Shown in pieces: positions 49,194 through 57,210 of a DNA stretch of 64,000 nt. The stretch is from Nitrospirota bacterium (GTDB lineage Bacteria > Nitrospirota > Thermodesulfovibrionia > Thermodesulfovibrionales > Dissulfurispiraceae). The position numbers and the translations under genes are program-made. Numbering within the stretch: position 1 is the stretch's first letter; each line of letters begins with the position of its first letter. Location of the stretch: NCBI GenBank assembly GCA_040758355.1, contig JBFLWF010000005.1:54907-118906 (forward strand), given 5' to 3'. Under the pieces are notes generated by a model, which did no database searches, was not told where the DNA came from, and saw only the letters and a program-made list of their open reading frames with translations.

Positions 49194-50711
49194 TTATTCT
49201 GATAGCCACTCCTTCAGTATGATAGCAGCCCTCCTCGGCTCTTTTTTCACAATTTCCGCAATCTCCTCCCTCATAACTTCCTCTGGTGCTATCTCGGCGC
49301 CGGGCACTGGTGGTGCAGCCGGCATAGCCGCCTCGGGTACTTTCTTTATTACAGGGGCTTTCAGCGTCTCTATAATCGGCTTAATGACAAAAAGGATGAG
49401 AAGCACGATCACAACAAGTGGAATGATATACTTCAATAAAGACAGAGCAAGTCTTACAAAATCTATCTTTTCAGGTGGAAGTTCTTCTATGGCTACCTCG
49501 AAAGGCACATTCTCCGCAATCACCTGATCGCCCCTTTCCTTATTATAGCCTATGGCAGCCATAATTATCTCCTTATACTTCTTCATGTCATCCTCGGTCC
49601 TCGGCACATAAACCTTCTTCCCCTTCTCTTTCTTATATGTGCCGTCAACAAGCACTGCAACAGAAATGCTCTTTACCTCGCCCCTCGGCTGTATTATCTT
49701 GCTGACACTCCTGCTCACCTCATAATTTATGTTTTCGGACTGTTTCTGTGATGTTGACGGAGAGCCGGCTGTTGTTGCAGGCTGTTGTCCGGGCTGGTTG
49801 GACAGTACTCCGGGAATGCCTCCCTGAGTTGCCCCCACCGATTTCTCCTGGGTACGCTGTTCATTTCTAACGGCAATTGTATCGGGATCGAATTTCTCCT
49901 CCGTCCTTTCGACCCGCGTAAAATCTATCTTTGTGGCGACCCTGACAATCGCCTTCCCCCTGCCTATGATCCCCTCCAGCATGCTCTGGAGCCTGCCTTC
50001 GTAATCTCTGTCAACGGATTTCTGGTATTCGAGTTTCTTGGAATCCACGATCTCATCGGTGGTATCGACAGGCTTTGAAAGAAGATTGCCCATGTTATCT
50101 ATGACAGTGACATTTTGAGGCTGCATGCCCTCAACACTGCTGGAAACAAGATGCACTATGCCGCCTATCTGTCCCTGATTCAATACACGGCCGGGCTTCA
50201 GTTTCAACACAACCGATGCCGTGGGTTTATCTTCCTTTTCGGTAAATATTGTTTTCTCGGGGATGGCGATATGAACCCTTGCCTGATCCACTTCTGAGAG
50301 CTGCCTTATGGTCCTTGTCAACTCTCCCTGAATCGCCCTGACATAGTTTAATCTCTGTACGAACTCCGTGACCCCTATCTGGGTCTTGTCAAATATCTCA
50401 AAGCCGACACCGCCGCCTGTGGGGATGCCCTGCGCTGCAAGCTCAAGCCTCAGCTCATAGACCCTGTTGCTCGGTACATAAATAACATTGCCCTCCACCT
50501 TATACGGAACCTTCATCTCCTTTAGTTTGGCAATTACCTGCCCTGCGTCTTCCTGTGAAAGATTGCTGTAAAGTACCTGATAATCAACCCTCTCTGTCCA
50601 GAGCATTATTCCTGCCATAAGGGCAAAACTCAATAATATTACAAAGACAAGGGACAGTTTCCTCTTCAGTGGCCATGCCTTTATCAGCTCTACGATGTCT
50701 ATTAATGCCAT
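49194..50711 (-). CDS. fliF: MS-ring protein FliF
   Basis: GFEIFD..RAIQGELTRTI..ARVHIAIP..TASVVL. Confidence 0.97.
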   Translation of the reverse strand: MALIDIVELIKAWPLKRKLSLVFVILLSFALMAGIMLWTERVDYQVLYSNLSQEDAGQVIAKLKEMKVPYKVEGNVIYVPSNRVYELRLELAAQGIPTGGGVGFEIFDKTQIGVTEFVQRLNYVRAIQGELTRTIRQLSEVDQARVHIAIPEKTIFTEKEDKPTASVVLKLKPGRVLNQGQIGGIVHLVSSSVEGMQPQNVTVIDNMGNLLSKPVDTTDEIVDSKKLEYQKSVDRDYEGRLQSMLEGIIGRGKAIVRVATKIDFTRVERTEEKFDPDTIAVRNEQRTQEKSVGATQGGIPGVLSNQPGQQPATTAGSPSTSQKQSENINYEVSRSVSKIIQPRGEVKSISVAVLVDGTYKKEKGKKVYVPRTEDDMKKYKEIIMAAIGYNKERGDQVIAENVPFEVAIEELPPEKIDFVRLALSLLKYIIPLVVIVLLILFVIKPIIETLKAPVIKKVPEAAMPAAPPVPGAEIAPEEVMREEIAEIVKKEPRRAAIILKEWLSE

Positions 50712-50714
50712 CTG

Positions 50715-51008
50715 TTATACCTGCATCCTCATTATTTCTTCATAGGCAGTGAGCAATTTGTTTCTCACCTGAAGCAGGGTTTGCAAGGATACGTCGGCCT
50801 TTTCCATGGCGACCACTACGGTATGGATATCCTTAACCTCTCCTTTTGAGAAGTTCTCGATGGCCTTCTCGGCCTCGTTCTGAATAGTAGAGACCTCGTT
50901 CAAGGCATCCTTTATGGCATCCTCAAAGGACGCACCGCTTTTCTTTGTTGTTTTTGAAGGTTGGGCAACTCCCTGGCTTATATCTCCTATTTTCTTTATG
51001 TCATCCAT
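50715..51008 (-). CDS. fliE: Hook-basal body protein FliE
   Basis: VRNKLLTAYEEIMRMQV; ATG 51008 after GGAGGTG. Confidence 0.95.
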   Translation of the reverse strand: MDDIKKIGDISQGVAQPSKTTKKSGASFEDAIKDALNEVSTIQNEAEKAIENFSKGEVKDIHTVVVAMEKADVSLQTLLQVRNKLLTAYEEIMRMQV

Positions 51009-51036
51009 AGAACACCTCCCATTTCCCATTTTCCAC

Positions 51037-51444
51037 TTATGCTTTCGTTATGTCAAGGGTTTTCATAAACATCTCTTTATACGAATTGATGAGGGTTAAA
51101 TTGGCCTCGTATGCCCTCGTAGCGGATATAAGGTTAACGGTCTCCTCTATGGTGTTAATATTCGGATAGCTGACATATCCGTCCTTATTGGCATCGGGAT
51201 GGGACGGGTCATAGACCATTTTGAAGGGTCTTTCATCCTCCACAATCTTCGGGATGTTAACTCCCACAGAGCTTTCATCGAACATGTATGATTCAAAAAC
51301 TACATCCTTCTTTCTGTATGGGCCCCCTTCAGGAGTCCTCGTGGAGTTCACATTGGCGATGTTGGAAGCTATAACATTCATCCTTATTTTCTGTGCCTCG
51401 AGGGCTGTTGCGCTAACCTTTAACGGCATGAACATCTCTTTCAT
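51037..51444 (-). CDS. flgC: Rod protein FlgC
   Basis: SNIANVNSTRTPEGGPY..YDPSHPDANKDGYV. Confidence 0.96.
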   Translation of the reverse strand: MKEMFMPLKVSATALEAQKIRMNVIASNIANVNSTRTPEGGPYRKKDVVFESYMFDESSVGVNIPKIVEDERPFKMVYDPSHPDANKDGYVSYPNINTIEETVNLISATRAYEANLTLINSYKEMFMKTLDITKA

Positions 51445-51785
51445 TACCTACCCCCTTTTATTACGTCCTTCAACATCCTGACTTTCATGGTCATCAACTG
51501 GGTTGCGGCGTTGTATATTAATGTATTTTCTGCAACCTTTGCCATCTCTATGTCGAGATTGACAGTATTGCCGTCCCTGTTAGGCATGGTTGTAACCGTT
51601 TCATAAACCTCGTTGTCCTGTCCTTTTGAGCCTTCTATTGCCCTGTCCAGTTCCTTTTGAAAGGATATATCCTTTGCCTTATAGCCCGGCGTATCTGCAT
51701 TGGCTATATTGGATGCCAGAACCTTTTGCCTGAATGCTGCAACATCGAGCATCTTTTCGAGAACCTTAATTGTATTGTCCGGCAT
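51444..51785 (-). CDS. flgB: Rod protein FlgB
   Basis: SNIANADTPGYKAKD..DGNTVNLDIEM. Confidence 0.96.
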   Translation of the reverse strand: MPDNTIKVLEKMLDVAAFRQKVLASNIANADTPGYKAKDISFQKELDRAIEGSKGQDNEVYETVTTMPNRDGNTVNLDIEMAKVAENTLIYNAATQLMTMKVRMLKDVIKGGR

Positions 51786-51823
51786 ATATTCCTCCTTATC
51801 AAGCTTCTAAACAATAAAAATAT

Positions 51824-51839
51824 TGCAATTTCTATTCCA
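51824..51839 (-). promoter_or_regulatory. Sigma54 promoter of the flgB operon
   Basis: TGGAAT-AGAAA-TTGCA. Confidence 0.75.
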
Positions 51840-51852
51840 GATTTAAAGCTCT

Positions 51853-53163
51853 TCAACTTCTTTTTATATCGTCATCCGAAATATTAAATTCCTTGAGCTT
51901 GTTTCTTATTGTCCTGACACTTATACCAAGCAACTGTGCCGCCTTTGTCCTGTTGCCGCCTGTTTCTCTCAGGGTCTTTATGATTAAATCCCGCTCCATG
52001 TCTTTCATTGTACCCGTACTGCCCGATTCAGCCACCTGAACTCTAAACTCTAAACCCCGAACTCCGAATTCATCTGCTGGCGGCAGCAAAACCTCTGATT
52101 TGGATATGACAGCCGTTCGGTACATAAGATTTTCAAGCTCCCTGACATTGCCTTCCCAATTTCTCTGCAACAGATAGGATTTAAGTTCGTCAGAGACCTC
52201 AAATGCCCTGCCCACCTTCTGTGACAACTTCTTTATAAAAAACTCCGTGAGAGGAATTATGTCTTCCCTTCTTTCCCTGAGGGGAGGCAGCTTTATGGGG
52301 AATACATTTAAACGATAATAGAGGTCTTCCCTGAAATTTCCCTTTTTCACCTCAGACAGGAGGTCCTTGTTTGTTGTGGCGATAATCCTGACATCCACCG
52401 GTACGGGAGAGCGGCCTCCTATCCTGTCTATCTCCCTTTCCTGGATTGCCCTGAGCAGCTTTGCCTGAAGGGGAAAGGCCATTTCGCTTACCTCATCGAG
52501 GAGCAGCGTCCCTTTGTCGGCAAGCTCAAACTTCCCCAGCCTCCTTTCGGCTGCACCTGTGAATGCGCCTTTTTCATGACCGAATAGCTCTGCTTCGAGG
52601 AGGCTCTCTGAAATAGCGGCACAATTAATAGCAACAAAGGGTTTGTCAGCCCTCAGACTGTTTTTGTGAATAATCCGTGCAATAACTTCCTTGCCAGTGC
52701 CGCTTTCTCCGGATAAAAGAACCGTTATATCGCTCTTGGCAACCTCTCTTATTATGGACATAAGGTGTTTCATAGCCGGGGATTCAGCCACGATATCCGC
52801 ATCCTCAGACGGAAGTATTCTGTCAATAACCCTTCTCAGGGAATCATAGGAAAAGGGTTTCATAATGTAGTCTGTTGCGCCCAGTTTCATTGCATCTACT
52901 GCATTTTCCACCGTGCCGAAACCTGTTATGACAATTACAGGCACAAATATGCCTTTCCTCCTGATCTCTTGCAGAAATTCGATGCCATTCATTTTAGGCA
53001 TCTTCATGTCGGTTATTATGAGAGAAAAGTCAGCAAGATTGAGCCCGGACAATGCATCCTCCGGGTTATGGCATACCGTGGGCTTGAACCCGCATCTCTT
53101 CAAGGACTCCTTTATCGCAAGGGCCATGTCGATTTCATCGTCAACTATCAAGACCGATTTCAT
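51853..53163 (-). CDS. Sigma54-dependent response regulator (FlrC/FleR/FlgR-like)
   Basis: REC domain, [14 protein letters not shown], Fis-type HTH. Confidence 0.92.
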   Translation of the reverse strand: MKSVLIVDDEIDMALAIKESLKRCGFKPTVCHNPEDALSGLNLADFSLIITDMKMPKMNGIEFLQEIRRKGIFVPVIVITGFGTVENAVDAMKLGATDYIMKPFSYDSLRRVIDRILPSEDADIVAESPAMKHLMSIIREVAKSDITVLLSGESGTGKEVIARIIHKNSLRADKPFVAINCAAISESLLEAELFGHEKGAFTGAAERRLGKFELADKGTLLLDEVSEMAFPLQAKLLRAIQEREIDRIGGRSPVPVDVRIIATTNKDLLSEVKKGNFREDLYYRLNVFPIKLPPLRERREDIIPLTEFFIKKLSQKVGRAFEVSDELKSYLLQRNWEGNVRELENLMYRTAVISKSEVLLPPADEFGVRGLEFRVQVAESGSTGTMKDMERDLIIKTLRETGGNRTKAAQLLGISVRTIRNKLKEFNISDDDIKRS

Positions 53164-53189
53164 CAATACCTCTTAAAATTCTATCAGGG

Positions 53190-54287
53190 TTATTTTGGCA
53201 ATGTAATAACAAACTCCGTTCCTCCTCCGATTTCGCTTCTTACATCTATCATTCCTTTGTGCGCCTTTATTATTCCTGCAGTTATGGACATTCCAAGCCC
53301 TGTTCCCCTGTCCTTTGTAGAAAAAAAAGGCTCGAACATCCTCAGCCTCGTATCTTCATCCATGCCGATGCCTGTATCTCTGATGACTATTTCAACGCCT
53401 TCTTGATTATCCTTGAGCCTGATCTCTATCTTCCCTCCATCAGGCATGGCATGAACAGAGTTCAGCAGTATGTTGATCAACGCTTGTCTCATTAGCCCTT
53501 TATCCATATTCAACCAGTATTGCCCTTTTTCTGAGAAATCAAGTTGTATATCGCTGTTTGCAAACAATTCCTTGAACTCATCGCATGTTTCGCTGACCAT
53601 ATCATTTAAACAACAGTATCCAGGTTTAGGCTTAACCTCTTTGGTGAACCTGAGCATATTGTCAAGGGTGTTAACGAGAGACCTCACGGAGTTGGATATC
53701 CTGTTTGCGTAATCTCCATGCTCGGTTCCCTTTAAATCGTTGGAAAGAAGGCTTGCAAACAATTCTATGCTGCCGAGGGGATTTCTTATCTCGTGGGCGA
53801 TCTTCATAACGAGCTCTCCCATGGCTGTCAATCTCCTGTTCCTCTCGTTTTCGGATTCGAGCTGTTTAAGCCTTGTTATATCTTTGAATATAAGGACATT
53901 ACCAATGACATTTCCACCATTGTCTGTTACGTCCGAGCGTGATACGAGGGCATAAAAAGGCTTACCATTAGCCGGCACTATCACCTCTTCATGGATTTCG
54001 GCATGTATTGATGTGCCGCCGATTGCATCACTGGCATTAATATTGAGCAGACACTCAGCCGCCTTATTCATGGTCCTGATAATACCATCCCTGTCAAAAA
54101 AGACAACACCTACATCAATGCTGTCGAGAATGCCGTTTAGCAACTGCTTTTTGTGATCAACCTCTTCGGTCAGCAAACGGACCTTATCTTCAAGAGTGCT
54201 GTAATACTGGACCAGTGTGGCAGAAGCGGAATTGAAGGTCTCTATGGCCTTATTTAAAAGATCGACATTATGCTCTACTTTTGCCAT
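53190..54287 (-). CDS. Cytoplasmic PAS histidine kinase (FlrB/FleS-like)
   Basis: IAHEIRNPLGSIELFAS H-box, no TM segment, paired with the regulator. Confidence 0.9.
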   Translation of the reverse strand: MAKVEHNVDLLNKAIETFNSASATLVQYYSTLEDKVRLLTEEVDHKKQLLNGILDSIDVGVVFFDRDGIIRTMNKAAECLLNINASDAIGGTSIHAEIHEEVIVPANGKPFYALVSRSDVTDNGGNVIGNVLIFKDITRLKQLESENERNRRLTAMGELVMKIAHEIRNPLGSIELFASLLSNDLKGTEHGDYANRISNSVRSLVNTLDNMLRFTKEVKPKPGYCCLNDMVSETCDEFKELFANSDIQLDFSEKGQYWLNMDKGLMRQALINILLNSVHAMPDGGKIEIRLKDNQEGVEIVIRDTGIGMDEDTRLRMFEPFFSTKDRGTGLGMSITAGIIKAHKGMIDVRSEIGGGTEFVITLPK

Positions 54288-54292
54288 GGAGT

Positions 54293-55966
54293 TTATTTGC
54301 CTCCAGAGATCATTGCTGCTGCCTCTGCAATCTCTCCGCCTCCGGTGACTGCCTTCTTCAGGTAATCATTGCTTTTAGTCAGTTTGCCATATTGGTATTG
54401 GGCCCACTGGAGGCTTTTAGGGTCTTTTACATTATAGTCCAATGCCCTCTTATAATAGGTCTTTGCCTTTGTATAATCGCCTGAAATATACAGACAATCT
54501 CCGGCCTTCACCGAAGACAACCCGTCACCTTTGTTGGAGGCCATAATATAATATTTCACTGCATTCTGCCTGTCTTTTGTTTTGTAATACAGATCACCCA
54601 GTTTTGCAGCTATCCTGTAGTCAGTAGCAGTCTTGACTATTCGCAAGAGATATTCGATGGCTGCGGCATATTTGCCCTGCCTTTCCATTATGTCTGCAAC
54701 CATATAGGATGCCCTGTATAGGTAACGGCTGTCGATAGTAAGAGGCGTAAGCATCTTTTCAGCCTCAACATATTTGCCCTCTTGAATCAATAACTCCGCC
54801 ATGTACAGGGATGCCTCTCCCTTTACAGCACCCTTTAAAGCCTTCGTGAGAAGCTGTTTCCCCTCAATTTTCTTGCCGTTTGCTATCAGATATCGTGAGG
54901 CGTCGATAACAAAGGGGGCATCTGCATCAAGGGAGAAGGAGAAATTTTGCATATACTCCACAGCCTTTGGATCTTTGGAGGCAATCACGGCCTTGATCCT
55001 CTTTTCTATCTCTGCCGACCTCGATTTCTTGTTGCTTAGATAAGAGAGGTATTTCATGGCATTATTTAAATCACCCTTTTTATCGTATAACGAGACAATC
55101 TTCAGTTTAAAATCGTCGTCTGGTTCATAAGGCGACAGTTCAATGCTCAGTTTCAAGGCATCATCCACCTTTCCATCTACTTCGTAAATCTGCAACAAAA
55201 CCTTTTTTGCATTGATTTTTTCGATACTCGAAGTGGGGCTGTCTATGATAGACCTGCACAGCCTCTCCGCCTCTTTTAACTTTCTTGCATTGAAAAGGAT
55301 GCGGGCCTTTTCGACCCTTATATCCTGTTCCTTGAGGGCAGAATCAAGGATTCTGTTAATCGTATTAACAGAATCCCTATGCATGCCTTTATTGCTGTAC
55401 AACATTGCGCGCATATAAAGGACACGGGGGTCTGTTTCCATGGTCTTTTTACTTAATGTTTCAAGAAAATATTCGACCCTCGCCATATCTCCGGTCTTCA
55501 AAGCCGCTTCTGCCTTCCCTATGCTTGCCTTTTCCTTCAAAGGTTCTCCCACTGCTTCGAAATACTGCTCTGCTTCTTTGAATTTCTGAAAATGAAGTGA
55601 AATATAGCCGAGCATGAGGTGAGCCTCATCTCGATATTCGGGGATTTTGGATACCGATATAAAACGCTTGATGTTCTGTCTTGCCTCGTAATAGTTTTTT
55701 AAGTAGTAGTCTGCCTTGCCCATTCCGAACAATGCCTTTTCTCCTGATATGCCTTTGGGTGCAGCGAGAAAGATATCCCGGTAAACTTCCTTTGCCTTGA
55801 CATAATTCTTTGTCCTGAGATACTCGTCCGCTGTCTTGAGCTTGTCTTCAGAGGCAATGGCAGAGACAGACAGAAGACAGAAGACAGAAAACAGAAAACA
55901 GAAAATAGAAAACCTGTTAAAGTCTTTGAGCCGTGCCTGACATATAAAATCGCTTAACTTAAACAT
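54293..55966 (-). CDS. Exported tetratricopeptide-repeat protein
   Basis: TPR-like helical repeats; signal peptide ending AIA|SE. Start placed at ATG 55966 because the TTG at 56002 lies in the sigma54 -24 box. Confidence 0.82.
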   Translation of the reverse strand: MFKLSDFICQARLKDFNRFSIFCFLFSVFCLLSVSAIASEDKLKTADEYLRTKNYVKAKEVYRDIFLAAPKGISGEKALFGMGKADYYLKNYYEARQNIKRFISVSKIPEYRDEAHLMLGYISLHFQKFKEAEQYFEAVGEPLKEKASIGKAEAALKTGDMARVEYFLETLSKKTMETDPRVLYMRAMLYSNKGMHRDSVNTINRILDSALKEQDIRVEKARILFNARKLKEAERLCRSIIDSPTSSIEKINAKKVLLQIYEVDGKVDDALKLSIELSPYEPDDDFKLKIVSLYDKKGDLNNAMKYLSYLSNKKSRSAEIEKRIKAVIASKDPKAVEYMQNFSFSLDADAPFVIDASRYLIANGKKIEGKQLLTKALKGAVKGEASLYMAELLIQEGKYVEAEKMLTPLTIDSRYLYRASYMVADIMERQGKYAAAIEYLLRIVKTATDYRIAAKLGDLYYKTKDRQNAVKYYIMASNKGDGLSSVKAGDCLYISGDYTKAKTYYKRALDYNVKDPKSLQWAQYQYGKLTKSNDYLKKAVTGGGEIAEAAAMISGGK

Positions 55967-55967
55967 A
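55917..55967 (+). mobile_element. Right-end fragment of the ERIC-like element, inside the 5' end of the TPR gene
   Basis: ttaaagtctttgagccgtgcctgacatataaaatcgct is identical to 30930-30967. Confidence 0.75.
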
Positions 55968-55985
55968 AATATCCAGTTTTTGTAT

Positions 55986-56001
55986 TGAAAGAAATGTGCC
56001 A
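55986..56001 (-). promoter_or_regulatory. Probable sigma54 promoter of the TPR-kinase-regulator operon
   Basis: TGGCAC-ATTTC-TTTCA (one mismatch in the -12 box). Confidence 0.55.
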
Positions 56002-56006
56002 ACCTA

Positions 56007-56073
56007 TTAGTTCATAGCTGATAGCTGATAGTTTATAGTGTTATTAAGCCATAAGCCATGAGCTATGAGCTAT
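56007..56073. repeat. Inverted heptamer arrays (ATAGCTG versus ATGAGCT) directly upstream of the -24 box
   Basis: ttagttc atagctg atagctg atagttt...ataagcc atgagct atgagct. Confidence 0.75.
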
Positions 56074-56078
56074 TGATG

Positions 56079-56092
56079 GTCAATTATCTGAC
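56079..56092. promoter_or_regulatory. GTCA-N6-TGAC palindrome (FleQ-box-like)
   Basis: GTCAATTATCTGAC. Confidence 0.55.
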
Positions 56093-56126
56093 TAAATAAC
56101 CTCTAATTCCAACAAGAGCGTTAATT

Positions 56127-57113
56127 TTATGACAACCCCAATCTCTTCATCTTTTCGATAAGGGTGGTACGGTTGATATTGAGATACTTCGCAGCCTGAC
56201 TTTTAACCCCGTTCTGAAGCTCGATGGCGTGTAGTATAAGCCTCTTCTCATACTCCTCAAGGGCAGCATTAAGGTCTATGCCACCAACAAAAGGATTTAT
56301 GTCATCGTCCTCGATATCGGGCAGATTGGGGATCTTTCTTCCTGTCATCTTTTCCGGCAGGTCATATGGCGTTACAACATCATCATCCTTAAGAACAAGG
56401 AGTCTCTCCACTGTGTTCTCCAGTTCCCTGACATTGCCGGGCCAATGATAACCTATAAACATCTTCATGGCATCATCGGTCAGCCTTATGGGATTCCTTC
56501 CAAATCTCCTCGAATGCTTTTCTACAAAGTAGTCGCACAAAAGGAGTATGTCTTCTGTCCTCTCCCTCAAGGGCGGAATATCTATGGGAATTACGTTAAG
56601 CCTATAAAAGAGGTCTTCCCTGAACCTGCCTGCAGCCACAGCCTCTTCGAGGTTTTGATTTGTAGCTGCTACTATCCTTACATCCACGTTCACGGTCTTG
56701 ATTCCACCGATCCTTTCAAACGACCTTTCCTGAAGCACCCTCAGGAGTTTTACCTGGAGTATAGGCTGCATTTCACCTATTTCGTCGAGGAATATTGTCC
56801 CGCCGTCAGCCAGCTCGAATCTCCCGATCCTCGACGCTACGGCTCCGGTAAATGCTCCTTTTTCGTGACCGAAGAGTTCTGACTCGAGAAGTTCTGTAGG
56901 TATAGCACCGCAGTTTACCGGAATAAAGGGCTTCTCTGCCCTTGTACTTTTGAAATGGATGTTTTTGGCTACAAGCTCTTTACCTGTCCCGCTTTCACCC
57001 AATATTAGGACAGTACTGTCAGAATTCGAAACCTTTTCAATGAGTTCATAAATACGTTTGATAGCCTTGGAAGTGCCAATAATTTGAAGGAGATTATTAT
57101 TATCAGTACCCAT
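56127..57113 (-). CDS. Sigma54 enhancer-binding protein without an N-terminal regulatory domain (FleQ/FlrA-like master regulator)
   Basis: Starts directly at the AAA+ domain ([19 protein letters not shown]); [16 protein letters not shown] is FleQ/FlrA-like. Confidence 0.88.
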   Translation of the reverse strand: MGTDNNNLLQIIGTSKAIKRIYELIEKVSNSDSTVLILGESGTGKELVAKNIHFKSTRAEKPFIPVNCGAIPTELLESELFGHEKGAFTGAVASRIGRFELADGGTIFLDEIGEMQPILQVKLLRVLQERSFERIGGIKTVNVDVRIVAATNQNLEEAVAAGRFREDLFYRLNVIPIDIPPLRERTEDILLLCDYFVEKHSRRFGRNPIRLTDDAMKMFIGYHWPGNVRELENTVERLLVLKDDDVVTPYDLPEKMTGRKIPNLPDIEDDDINPFVGGIDLNAALEEYEKRLILHAIELQNGVKSQAAKYLNINRTTLIEKMKRLGLS

Positions 57114-57148
57114 GTCATAAATATGACATATGAGCCTTTAAAAGTCAA
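57114..57148 (-). promoter_or_regulatory. Sigma70-type promoter (TTGACT-N17-CATATT) overlapped by a GTCA-N6-TGAC palindrome
   Basis: -35 at 57148-57143, -10 at 57125-57120, palindrome GTCATAAATATGAC at 57114-57127; ATG follows the -10 by 6 nt (leaderless). Confidence 0.55.
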
Positions 57149-57210
57149 CATAAAAAATTGGAGCATAATCCGTAGCCAAACATCTCTAAAATGGATGTCG
57201 CCATTCATCA

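Noticed and set aside
55967..56002. ORF-track starts at 56002 (also 61776, 15009, 12225, 8720)
   Set aside because: They overlap promoter boxes, SD sequences or neighbouring genes; downstream ATG/GTG starts fit better.
3170..56073. Short tandem arrays as a possible CRISPR array
   Set aside because: Units are 7-9 nt with no unique spacers, and there are no cas genes.
703..57113. Absence of fliC, fliD, fliS and motAB as a sign of a non-functional flagellum
   Set aside because: These genes are often elsewhere in the genome. Intact fliA, flgM, fliW and csrA imply a flagellin exists; this cannot be judged from one window.
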